Assembly: GCA_964453055.1 (NCBI GenBank)
Contig: CAYVOD010000001.1
Coordinates: 13,118-77,117, forward strand
Length of the DNA: 64,000 nucleotides
Direction: 5' to 3'
Source: an uncultured Treponema sp.
GTDB lineage: Bacteria; Spirochaetota; Spirochaetia; Treponematales; Rectinemataceae
Shown here in pieces: positions 1-8,501 of the stretch. Within the stretch, counting starts at the first letter, position 1, and each line of letters opens with the position of its first letter. The notes beneath the pieces are model-generated. The model did not search any database, was not told the origin of the DNA, and saw nothing but the letters and a program-made list of their open reading frames with translations. Position numbers and translations under genes: made by a program.

Positions 1-1
1 A

Positions 2-562
2 AACGCCGAAGAATCGGCTTCGGAGATCGAAGCTGCCCTTGAGGATTTCGCCCCCGAATTCAAAGAGGAGATGAAGCCCCAGCTCAAGGATTACCTAGGC
101 CAGGTCCTACTTTTGGCCAAGACGGCCAACGAGCTGGACGGAATTATCGGGGACATCCCCGTGGAGGCGCTGAAAAAGGACAAGGCTGAACTCAAGGTTA
201 AGCTGGAAAAGGCCAGTCCCTCCATGAGATCCGAATACGAAGACTCGATCAGGGAAGTGGAGGCTCAGGAGGAGTCTTTCAAGGCCCTCAACGAACAGCG
301 CGAACTGATCGACTTGAGGCTACGCTCCTCGGTCAATCAGATCCAGCAGCTGCGGCTCGACCTGGCCAAGGCCAAGGCTGCGGACAAGGAGAGGGAAGCC
401 TTGCTGCCCGAATCCCTTATTTCCTCGGTACGTAGCCGTTCGGAGGAACTTTCCAATTATATCGAGGACCTGAAAAAGGGACACCTCGAAGCCCTGGCCG
501 ATCCCTTCGAAGAACTGGAAAAAGCCCAGAACAAGCAGGATTCCGCAGCGAAGAATTCCTAG
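2..562 (+). CDS. hypothetical coiled-coil protein, 5'-truncated by the window edge
   Basis: The frame of the 71..562 ORF stays open back to nt 2 (NAEESASEIEAALEDFAPEFKEE precedes the first Met). The sequence is charged and Leu-rich in a heptad-like pattern, with no catalytic motif recognised. Confidence 0.5.
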   Translation, partial: NAEESASEIEAALEDFAPEFKEEMKPQLKDYLGQVLLLAKTANELDGIIGDIPVEALKKDKAELKVKLEKASPSMRSEYEDSIREVEAQEESFKALNEQRELIDLRLRSSVNQIQQLRLDLAKAKAADKEREALLPESLISSVRSRSEELSNYIEDLKKGHLEALADPFEELEKAQNKQDSAAKNS

Positions 563-1521
563 CGACCCGCGATTTTCCATAGCTCGGACATGGATTTGTC
601 GGTGCTGGAATTGTCGATATAGATGCCCGGAAGACGGAAAAAGTTCAGGCTCGAAATTTTTGGCGCGTTCCGGTCGGAACTTCGCATGGCTTTGTAGCCC
701 GAATCGAGGGCGAGCTTTTCGATGTCCTTCCTTCCGGCTCCCGATCCGTAAGGCAAGGCGAAAACTTCCACCGGGATTCCTGTCTGCGCTTCGATTATGC
801 GTTTTGACTCGACGAATTCGGCATAAAGGGTTTTCTCGTCCGCTTCGCCCAGAGCCAGGTGCTTAACCCCATGGGAGCCTATGGAAAAAAGAGGCTCTCC
901 GTCCTGGTCCCGATAGGCCGCCATTTCGCGTATCTGCTGCCAACTCATGTAGCCTACCTCCCCTACCGAGCCCGTGATGATGAAGAAGGTAGCCTTTATG
1001 CCGTAGGATTTTAAAAGGGGGTAAGCGATACCGTACATAGAGAGATCGCCGTCGTCGAAACTTATGATGGCCGCGTCGTGCTTTAGCTCAGATTCGCCCC
1101 GCCTGATGGCGAGCAGCCGGTCGAAATCGATGATCTCGAAGCGCTTTCTCAGAAAGACCAGGTCGTGCTCGAAATTATAAATGTCCCTATTGTACTCGCT
1201 GCCGGTCCTGCCATAGACCAGATTATGGTACATGAGAATAACGAGCTTTGGTTCGTCCCTGAGGGGCAATTCCTGATTTCGCAATTGGTCTTCCGATACT
1301 GTCATGGCTTTTATCCCGGTACCGGAGGCTTCCTGGCTCCAGTACCGAACGCTTTCGCTATGATCCGCGGATCCGACAGGCCTGGTAGCGCAGGATGCGA
1401 GCAGGATCAAGGCCGCAATGCTCAAAACGGCCAATTGTCCCCGCCAGCCTGGATTGCTGGCGGTCGAACGCCAAAATTTGACTTCTCGGCTGAATATGCC
1501 CAAATATCCGCCTAGCATCAT
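559..1521 (-). CDS. polysaccharide deacetylase (NodB-homology) family lipoprotein
   Basis: NodB-type motifs are present (IISFDDGD, ATFFIITG, IGSHGVKH). There is an N-terminal hydrophobic segment with the lipobox LLASC. Confidence 0.8.
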   Translation of the reverse strand: MMLGGYLGIFSREVKFWRSTASNPGWRGQLAVLSIAALILLASCATRPVGSADHSESVRYWSQEASGTGIKAMTVSEDQLRNQELPLRDEPKLVILMYHNLVYGRTGSEYNRDIYNFEHDLVFLRKRFEIIDFDRLLAIRRGESELKHDAAIISFDDGDLSMYGIAYPLLKSYGIKATFFIITGSVGEVGYMSWQQIREMAAYRDQDGEPLFSIGSHGVKHLALGEADEKTLYAEFVESKRIIEAQTGIPVEVFALPYGSGAGRKDIEKLALDSGYKAMRSSDRNAPKISSLNFFRLPGIYIDNSSTDKSMSELWKIAGR

Positions 1522-1607
1522 GGCTTTGCCCTGCTTTTTGAAAAATGATAGGATACAATACCATCAACGTTGACATCATTTAAGCAGTTGATCGAGGAGG
1601 ACGAACC

Positions 1608-2258
1608 ATGAGAGATGTTTTTTCTACTATAAAATCGATAGGCATAGTACCGGTAATAAAGCTGGAAAATCCCGAAGATTCCCTTCTGCTTGGTAAAGCG
1701 CTCGTGGAGGGCGGCCTGCCTGCCGCAGAAGTGACCTTCAGGACCAAGTCCGCCGCCGAATCTATCGCCCTTTTAAAAAAGGAATTCCCCGCCCTCACCA
1801 CCGGGGCGGGCACGGTGCTTACCATAGAGCAGGCCGAAGCCGCCATAGCGGCCGGCGCGTCCTTTATCGTCACGCCAGGTTTTAATCCCCGGATTGTCGA
1901 TTTCTGCCTGGCCAAGGGAATGCCGGTCATGCCCGGCGTAAATTCGCCGAGCCAGGTCGAGCAAGGCCTGGAGCGGGGCTTGAAGCTGCTCAAATTCTTC
2001 CCCGCCGAGGTCTCGGGCGGAGTGAAAATGCTCAAAGCTCTCCATGGGCCTTATGCGGAAGTCTCCTTCGTGCCCACAGGCGGCATCGACGCTTCCAACG
2101 TCGAATCCTACCTGCAGCTGTCCTACGTCGCCGCCATCGGAGGTTCCTGGATGGTCAAGGAAGACCTCATCGCGTCGGGGCAATACGGCAGGATCACGGC
2201 CCTATGCGCCGAGGCCGTAGCCCTGGTAAGGCGCGTCCGCGGACCGAAGCTGGCCTGA
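1608..2258 (+). CDS. eda: 2-dehydro-3-deoxyphosphogluconate / 4-hydroxy-2-oxoglutarate aldolase
   Basis: 216 aa with KDPG-aldolase family motifs (GIVPVIKL, AEVTFRT, GAGTVLT, FIVTPG, LKFFPAE, PTGGI). GGAGG lies upstream of the ATG. Confidence 0.9.
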   Translation: MRDVFSTIKSIGIVPVIKLENPEDSLLLGKALVEGGLPAAEVTFRTKSAAESIALLKKEFPALTTGAGTVLTIEQAEAAIAAGASFIVTPGFNPRIVDFCLAKGMPVMPGVNSPSQVEQGLERGLKLLKFFPAEVSGGVKMLKALHGPYAEVSFVPTGGIDASNVESYLQLSYVAAIGGSWMVKEDLIASGQYGRITALCAEAVALVRRVRGPKLA

Positions 2259-2276
2259 TTTTCAGGTTTAAACGAA

Positions 2277-2319
2277 GGCGGGCCGGCCGGGATTCCATCC
2301 CGGCCGGCCCGCCTTTTTT
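2277..2319 (+). terminator. rho-independent terminator after eda
   Basis: A perfect 15-bp GC stem (GGCGGGCCGGCCGGG / CCCGGCCGGCCCGCC) with a 7-nt loop is followed by TTTTTT. Confidence 0.8.
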
Positions 2320-2399
2320 CGTCCACTGCCCTCTTTCCATCCGGTATTCCGGTCAATGAAAGTGTTGGAACGATGGATTATTCCAGGGTTATGCTAGTT

Positions 2400-3539
2400 T
2401 TACTTCGCGAAAGCCCCGGGATACTTGTCACTATAGCTGGCTGTCGTGCCGACCGTTTCGGCGTTCAGCATGGCGTGGACGATCGCCCTGGAGAGGGTGT
2501 CGGCAGCCGCCGCGCCAAGCTTGTTGACGTTGGCCGACGTGTTGCCCCAGACGGCCTTCTGCTTGAGGGTGTCGAGGTCTAGCATGCCGGTGCCCAGCAC
2601 GAAGATCGTGTCGCCGTCGAACATGGTGTGGGAGGGCCGGATAGCCCGTGCCATGCCGTCGTGGGCCATCTCTGCGATCTTCTGGGCCTGGGCCTTGGTG
2701 AGCTTCACGTTGGTGGCTATGCAGGCGATGGTGGTGTTTTTGGAAGCTTCCATGGTGTCCAGGAACGCGAGCTCGAAGCCGTCCTTGGCCAGCGCGTTGG
2801 CGAAGGGCCTCTTTAGGCCGCCGAATTCGTTCCCCACTTCCAGGAAAGCCGCGTAGAACTCTCCTGTCGCCTGGTTGACGGTGGAACCGCCGGCATTGAC
2901 AGCCACGATGGCTCCTACCATGACGCCGTCGCCCAAGTCCTGGCTCGCCGTACCGAGGCCGCCCTTGAGGCCGCCGCCGACGGCTCCGGCGCCCGCGCCC
3001 ACGTTGCCCATGTCCACGGGACCGGCGCTGGCCGCTTCGCAAGCCAGATAACCGAAGCTGGCGTTAGGCCTGTCCGTGAAATCCCGTCCAAACCTTCCGG
3101 GGTCGAAGAGAACCGCCGCGGGGACGATCGGGACAACCTTCCCGCCTCCGACAGCCCAGCCTCTATTGTTTTCCTCGAGCCATTTCATGACGCCGTCGGC
3201 GGCGGCAAGGCCGTAGGCTGAACCGCCGGTTAACACCACGGCGTCCACCTTGTCGACCATGTCGATCGGCCTCAAGAGATCGGTTTCCCTGCTTCCCGGC
3301 GCCGAACCGCGCACATCCACGCCGCCAACTGCCCCCTGGGGAGCCAGGATGACGGTCGTCCCCGTGAAGTTCCTCTCGTAACTGCCAACTTGAATGCCCG
3401 GCACGTCGGTGATGGCGTTCATCGGGCCGGTTTTAACCACGGGGATCACAGGCTTGGCGGGCTCGATGGACTGAGCGCCCAGAGCCATACATAATGCCGT
3501 TACCATCAGCACGGCTGAAACTGTTGCTTTTGCCCTCAT
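2400..3539 (-). CDS. P1/S58 (DmpA-type) aminopeptidase family protein, secreted
   Basis: Motifs NAITDVPGIQVG, GTTVILAP, GGVDVRGSAPGSRETDLL and VVLTGGSAYGLAAADGV are present, plus a signal peptide. The start was moved to Met14 of the ORF, which has AGGAGG 6 nt upstream. Confidence 0.85.
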   Translation of the reverse strand: MRAKATVSAVLMVTALCMALGAQSIEPAKPVIPVVKTGPMNAITDVPGIQVGSYERNFTGTTVILAPQGAVGGVDVRGSAPGSRETDLLRPIDMVDKVDAVVLTGGSAYGLAAADGVMKWLEENNRGWAVGGGKVVPIVPAAVLFDPGRFGRDFTDRPNASFGYLACEAASAGPVDMGNVGAGAGAVGGGLKGGLGTASQDLGDGVMVGAIVAVNAGGSTVNQATGEFYAAFLEVGNEFGGLKRPFANALAKDGFELAFLDTMEASKNTTIACIATNVKLTKAQAQKIAEMAHDGMARAIRPSHTMFDGDTIFVLGTGMLDLDTLKQKAVWGNTSANVNKLGAAAADTLSRAIVHAMLNAETVGTTASYSDKYPGAFAK

Positions 3540-3776
3540 TCTCGCCTCCTTGAAGAATAATGATGTTGTGCTGAACAATACGAGAGCTCAGGAACAACCG
3601 ACTTAGAAAAGACTGGAACCAAGGCTCCCGCAGCTCAGGATTATTCCGCCTGCATAATTTTACACTCCATTTATCCGCAATGAAAGATAAAAATTGGAGA
3701 TCCCATATTTGAATCCCCAACGACATGCGTATGCGCCGGTTTCCAATAAAGAATCTAGATTGCATCGCAGGTAATC

Positions 3777-5864
3777 ATGCTTTACACTTCGGAAATGAGG
3801 CGCCGGAGATTTGTCCCCTTCCTCCTCTCAATCTATTTGTTACTGTCTCTCATCGTTTCAGTTCGCGCTGAAGCTCAAGAAATTCCATCAGCTCCTCCCC
3901 GCTTAGCCCTAGTTTTAGGCAACAGCGGCTACTCAGGTACGGGCAAGCTGGCCAATCCCGGCAACGATGCCAGGGACATGGGCGATGCCTTGGCCCAGTT
4001 GGGGTTTTCGGTGGAAGTACTCATCGACGCAGGGTTGGAGGACATGGAAAAGGCCGTGCTCGCCTTCAGGGATAGGCTGTCGGACGATTCCGAGTCTGTC
4101 GGTCTTTTTTTCTATGCGGGGCACGGGGTACAGTCGAGTGGGGAGAATTACCTAATTCCCGTAGACGTGCAGATCCCCTCCGAATCCCTTTTGAGAACTA
4201 GGGCAGTATCCCTGTATTTCGTGCTCGAAAGCCTGAAAGAAGCGAAAAACAAGCTCAACCTGGTCATACTGGACGCCTGCAGGGACAATCCCTTCGCATG
4301 GGCCAGATCGGGCAACCGGGGTCTGAGCATCGTGGGCAGCCAGCCGCCCGGCAGCATCGTCGTCTATTCCACCAGCGCAGGGAGCACGGCACAGGACGGC
4401 ACAGGGCGCAACGGAACCTTTACAGGTGAAATGCTCAATCACCTTACCCAGCCAGGTTTGGAGATCAGCGAAATATTCAGGCGAACAGGCGCGGGAGTAC
4501 AGGAAAAAACCTCGGGCGCCCAGATTCCGGCCATATACAGCCAATTTTTCGGGAGCTTCTATCCGGGCGGAATTCAGACGGCCGCGGTCGCTGCTACAGG
4601 GGAAGGTCCAGAGGAGCTGCCTGAGGACTTCTTCCTGCCCGCCTTTTTCGAAGACGCGCCGGCCTACGCGAAAAAAGCGATAGCCGCAGCTGAAGAGCAA
4701 TCGTATAACGGCCAATGGCTCTCGGCCTGGCAGAGTCTTCTGGATGCCGATCCAAAGGAGACCGATCCCTTTATTTTAGCCCAAAAAATCAATATCGCCT
4801 TGAATGGTCATATCGAACATTCCAATTACCAAGGATTCGCTTTTGCCGACCTTGCCGAAGAGGAAGACTTGGAGACAATCCGCTTTACTTATTCCAAACC
4901 CTCGGAATATTTTGACTTCGATCCACATGCCCAGTTTTTCGCTTTAGAGAACAGCGACATCGCAATACCGCCAATCCTCTTCCTGGTCATGGGGGATTAC
5001 TACCATACGCTGTGGCTCAACTACGCGGATTTTTACGACGATTGGGTGAAGAGCGAGGATGAAGCCTTCGACTTGGCTATGCGCTGCTACCAAGCGGCCG
5101 AAGAAGCGTATATCCTGGTCAACACCAGATCGGTACTGCGCTATGCCCAGCTGCTGACGCATATAGACCAGTACGAAAAGACAATCGAACTCCTGCTGGA
5201 GATCGTGGACTGGGAACCGGAAAACAGCCAGGCACGGACCGCCTTGGCCGAAGCATACGCCCTAAGCGGGAACATCGATGAGGCATTTTATCATTACGAA
5301 ATTCTCGCCTCGGCGGACCCCAGGAGCGACGATGCCTATGAAGCCTATTCCAAGGCTGCGGAGCTGGCGCTTCTCAACGGGCGATCGCTTGAATTCGAAA
5401 ATTACGTAGCGTCTTTGGAGAACTACTTTCCCGGTGACTCACTCTCGGTGCTGCTCAAGCATAAAAAAGCCGTAGCGGCCAAGGACTGGACCGCTGCCAG
5501 ATTCCTGGCCGATGCCGGGATGCAGCGCTTCCCCGACGAGGTGTTTTTGCTCGACTCGCTTCTAGGGTCCTGGCTCGTCACCGCCGACGGCTACTTTAAC
5601 GGTTTTGACTTTCTGGAGAATCAAGTCCTTAAAACCCAAGAGAACGCCGAACGGCTTGTCATGCTGCTCTTCTATAGGGCTGCCTACCGTTTCTACGGCA
5701 TTCGGACGGGTTTTCTCGAAAAGACGCTCGCACAAATCCAGCTTACCGAAGACGACTTGGCCAAAGCCGAAGCCCTTCATGCTGGACTTCTATACGCGAA
5801 CCCTGACCTCGAAGCCAACATCAAACTGATGCGCCAGCAGCTTGAAGCTTTCGCTCCACGTTGA
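3777..5864 (+). CDS. secreted caspase-like (peptidase C14, orthocaspase) protein with a C-terminal TPR-like helical repeat region
   Basis: An N-terminal signal peptide ends in VRAEAQE. The C14 domain keeps the catalytic His (FFYAGHGV) and Cys (LVILDACRDNPF). About 430 C-terminal residues are helical with TPR-like repeats. Confidence 0.8.
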   Translation: MLYTSEMRRRRFVPFLLSIYLLLSLIVSVRAEAQEIPSAPPRLALVLGNSGYSGTGKLANPGNDARDMGDALAQLGFSVEVLIDAGLEDMEKAVLAFRDRLSDDSESVGLFFYAGHGVQSSGENYLIPVDVQIPSESLLRTRAVSLYFVLESLKEAKNKLNLVILDACRDNPFAWARSGNRGLSIVGSQPPGSIVVYSTSAGSTAQDGTGRNGTFTGEMLNHLTQPGLEISEIFRRTGAGVQEKTSGAQIPAIYSQFFGSFYPGGIQTAAVAATGEGPEELPEDFFLPAFFEDAPAYAKKAIAAAEEQSYNGQWLSAWQSLLDADPKETDPFILAQKINIALNGHIEHSNYQGFAFADLAEEEDLETIRFTYSKPSEYFDFDPHAQFFALENSDIAIPPILFLVMGDYYHTLWLNYADFYDDWVKSEDEAFDLAMRCYQAAEEAYILVNTRSVLRYAQLLTHIDQYEKTIELLLEIVDWEPENSQARTALAEAYALSGNIDEAFYHYEILASADPRSDDAYEAYSKAAELALLNGRSLEFENYVASLENYFPGDSLSVLLKHKKAVAAKDWTAARFLADAGMQRFPDEVFLLDSLLGSWLVTADGYFNGFDFLENQVLKTQENAERLVMLLFYRAAYRFYGIRTGFLEKTLAQIQLTEDDLAKAEALHAGLLYANPDLEANIKLMRQQLEAFAPR

Positions 5865-5889
5865 CATTTGCGGCACTTTGCATTACTGT
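5861..5889 (+). promoter_or_regulatory. candidate sigma70-type promoter for tRNA-Arg
   Basis: TTGACA (5861-5866, overlapping the caspase stop codon), a 17-nt spacer, then TACTGT (5884-5889). It lies about 40 nt upstream of the tRNA 5' end. Confidence 0.3.
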
Positions 5890-5929
5890 CCTGACCTGAG
5901 GTTAGCGAGGCCTCAAGACCTCGCTGCGC

Positions 5930-6003
5930 GACCCAGTAGCTCAGATGGATAGAGCGGCTGCCTCCTAAGCAGCAGGTCGGCCGTTCGAATCGGCCCTGGG
6001 CCA
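5930..6003 (+). tRNA. tRNA-Arg (anticodon CCU)
   Basis: The cloverleaf was folded by hand. The acceptor stem is GACCCAG/CUGGGCC with an A2-C71 mismatch. The D arm is GCUC/GAGC. The anticodon stem is GCUGC/GCAGC with loop CUCCUAA (anticodon at 5964-5966). The V loop is AGGUC and the T arm is GGCCG-UUCGAAU-CGGCC. The discriminator is A and no CCA is encoded. Confidence 0.85.
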
Positions 6004-6022
6004 ACTATACAGCATACTATCC

Positions 6023-7003
6023 TCATGGAAGAATTTCATACACGACCATAGCCTCGGCATGATTCGCCGCGTTGGTCGATTCCACCGAAAGACCTCTGGT
6101 GATGGCGAGTTCGGGCTGACCTTCCAAATCCGAGAAGTCAGCCTCCATGGTTTTGAAAGGCGCAAGCGAAGCGATCGCCTTGACGTACTCGGTCCCGTAA
6201 GGAGCGCCGAGCTTATAGGTAAAGCGATCGGTCTCAGCGGGGAAGCGCATCGCCTCGCCTTTGGCAATCCGGCCCGAACCGCCGAATCGATTAGGCCAAA
6301 TAAGTTGTGCGACACCGTTTACGTCAACATGATATATCTTAAGATAAGCATCTTTGCTGCAAGTAATTAGAAGCGAAAGACTTTCTCCGTCCCGATAGGT
6401 TGCTCCGATGCCGCGATCGCTAACCATGGAGAGCGTGAAATCGGAATTCGGCGAAGCGGCGCCTCCCGCCAGCGAGGCGAGACTCGAAGCAGCCTGTATA
6501 GTCTGCAGCGTCGGCTCGACCCTCATGTCCCGGGGTAGCCGGGAGGAAGCAAAAACCACTGGGCGCTCCGCGATCAACTGCCCGGTCGACAGGTCGGTGA
6601 TCGAAATCGTGACATGCGCCGACCCTTGATCGTTCTTGTATTTTCCATAGATGAGCGAGTCCACCTTCTCGGCACCGAAAAAATCCTTGTACATTGCCCG
6701 GATGGACGGATCCATGGCCGCGGCTACCTGTTTGTCGAAAAGCTTGATCCTGGCGGTTTTCGCCAAAGCCTGACGCAGCTCATCCTCGAGCCAGCGAGAA
6801 AAAGGCGTGGGCAGCTGGGTATCGGCGTAGCTGAAACTACCCAGTGCGGCTGTCATCGATGGCTTGTAGTAATCGGCCGTCATTCCATCCAGAAAGGCGG
6901 AGAGCTCCATCGCCGGGGATTCTGCTTGCGCGCCAGGCATGAACACTGCGCAAAAAAACATCACCATAGCTATAAAACGCCTTACCGAAACACGGCCTCG
7001 CAC
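6023..7003 (-). CDS. secreted DUF4384-like domain protein
   Basis: GTG start with GGAGG 6 nt upstream, followed by a signal peptide (FCAVFMPGAQAESP). The C-terminal part (LKIYHVDVNGVAQLIWPNRFGG...FP) resembles DUF4384. The N-terminal half resembles small periplasmic LpoB/CsgG-like domains. Both are family-level guesses from memory. Confidence 0.6.
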   Translation of the reverse strand: MRGRVSVRRFIAMVMFFCAVFMPGAQAESPAMELSAFLDGMTADYYKPSMTAALGSFSYADTQLPTPFSRWLEDELRQALAKTARIKLFDKQVAAAMDPSIRAMYKDFFGAEKVDSLIYGKYKNDQGSAHVTISITDLSTGQLIAERPVVFASSRLPRDMRVEPTLQTIQAASSLASLAGGAASPNSDFTLSMVSDRGIGATYRDGESLSLLITCSKDAYLKIYHVDVNGVAQLIWPNRFGGSGRIAKGEAMRFPAETDRFTYKLGAPYGTEYVKAIASLAPFKTMEADFSDLEGQPELAITRGLSVESTNAANHAEAMVVYEILP

Positions 7004-7159
7004 AGGCGACCTCCGATTTTTAATTCCAAATCTGGCCTAATTATCCTCGACCTCTTCGAGGTTCGCAAGTACTAAGGTTTCGGCGTCGTTTGATGCTCGC
7101 GCAAGATACGCCAGCCCAAGGTTGACCGCAGCTCTGCCCGGCGGTTATGCTGAACGACG

Positions 7160-8389
7160 ATGAAGCTTTGGTTCAAGTATTCGGCGGGCATCGTTTTCGG
7201 TCTTCTGTTATTCGCGGTAAGCCCCCCATCGCTCTTCGGGTCCGGTGGTGCGTTCCATCAGGCCTCGGAAATCGCTTTGCGGATAGGCTTCTATGTGCTC
7301 GAACTCCTCATACTGGTCAACCTCCCCTTGGCGGTAATCAAGCTGTATGAAGAAAAACGTTTCTGGGGCCTGACATTCAAAAGCCTTATTTTCTACGCAC
7401 TTTCCCTCTTGGCCGCCTCGATTCTCGGCTTGGTAGCGGCCTTGATCGTACTGCCTATACGACTTCCCCTGCTCTCGGAAATAGTAGCTCCCTCCGCTAG
7501 AAGTTTCGGCGAAGGTTTTCTCGAAATATTTCCTGCGAATATTTCCGAATTGTTTTTGCGCTCCGGCGATTGGCCTTTGCCCGCCCTCGTCCTCTTTCTC
7601 TGCGTCGGCCTGGCGATGGCGCACGATCCGATAGCGTCCAAGACTTTCACGAACGTTTTGGATTCTCTGTCGCGGATTCTGCACACGATCAATATTTTCG
7701 TCACCGAAATCGCGGGCGCTCTTCTGATTCCCATCTCGGCCCAAGCTTTTCATGCTCTAGCCGGTTCTCTAAAGGGAGGAATTTACGGGGCCTTCCTCCT
7801 ATACCTAGGTCTAGCCTTCATCGCCCTTCTCTTCATTATAGTGCCCATGGCGCTTTTTTTTCTCAATGGGAAAAGGAATCCCCTGCCCCTGCTCTATTCG
7901 GGCTTGCCCGCCGCCCTGGCAGCGACGAGCTCCGGGAACCTCCGCTTCGCCCTAGGCACGATGATCAGGCAGTCCAGGGAGAACCAGGGCGTAAAGCGGC
8001 GATATAACGCCATCTTCCTTCCCGGGGGAATGTTCGTCGGCAGGATCGGCACGGCGTTCGTCGCAGCCTTTTCATTCGCCGCAGTCCTCTCCTCCTACTC
8101 CCAGCTGGCGATTTCCCTTCCACGTCTCCTGCTCGTCGCCATTCTCATTCCTCTGGCCACCGTCGCTTCTTCTTCGTCATTGAGCAGCGGGCCTATAGCT
8201 GTCATCGCCCTGGCCTGCGCCCTTTTCGGGCGCGGATTCGAGAACGGCTACCTCATCATGGTTCCGATAGCCTTTCCGCTGGCGATGATAGCTGCTTTCT
8301 TAGACGCCCTTTGGATAGGTTCCGCGCAGTCTCTCATAGCCCGAGGCGCTCTCCAGGCCGATCCCAAGGAACCGCGCAATTTCATCTGA
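7160..8389 (+). CDS. divergent dicarboxylate/amino acid:cation symporter (DAACS/SDF) family-like membrane protein
   Basis: A polytopic protein with a collinear resemblance to SDF motifs (IFPANI; NPLPLL..AALAATSSGNLRF in place of SSxxTLP; FLPGGMFVGRIGTAF in place of PLGATxNMDGT). Confidence 0.55.
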   Translation: MKLWFKYSAGIVFGLLLFAVSPPSLFGSGGAFHQASEIALRIGFYVLELLILVNLPLAVIKLYEEKRFWGLTFKSLIFYALSLLAASILGLVAALIVLPIRLPLLSEIVAPSARSFGEGFLEIFPANISELFLRSGDWPLPALVLFLCVGLAMAHDPIASKTFTNVLDSLSRILHTINIFVTEIAGALLIPISAQAFHALAGSLKGGIYGAFLLYLGLAFIALLFIIVPMALFFLNGKRNPLPLLYSGLPAALAATSSGNLRFALGTMIRQSRENQGVKRRYNAIFLPGGMFVGRIGTAFVAAFSFAAVLSSYSQLAISLPRLLLVAILIPLATVASSSSLSSGPIAVIALACALFGRGFENGYLIMVPIAFPLAMIAAFLDALWIGSAQSLIARGALQADPKEPRNFI

Positions 8390-8406
8390 AGACCGTATGC
8401 GAAGAG

Positions 8407-8432
8407 GCCCGCGCCGCCCGGCGCGCTCGGGC
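8407..8432 (+). terminator. GC-rich hairpin downstream of the SDF-like gene
   Basis: GCCCG...CGGGC closes a 26-nt GC hairpin 18 nt after the stop codon. Only a weak U-tract (UUCC) follows. Confidence 0.35.
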
Positions 8433-8464
8433 TTCCGATGCGTACAACCTGCCGCCGCCGAGGC

Positions 8465-8493
8465 TTGACGCCTTGGAGTCAGCGCTCTACTAT
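8465..8493 (+). promoter_or_regulatory. candidate sigma70 promoter for the EIIA(Ntr)-like gene
   Basis: TTGACG (8465-8470), a 17-nt spacer, then TACTAT (8488-8493), ending 9 nt before the ATG at 8502. Confidence 0.45.
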
Positions 8494-8501
8494 CCAGATA
8501 T

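Noticed and set aside
5865-7003. I considered a genomic island integrated at tRNA-Arg(CCU).
   Set aside because: There is no integrase or recombinase gene. I noticed no direct repeat of the tRNA 3' end and no obvious compositional shift in the flanking genes.
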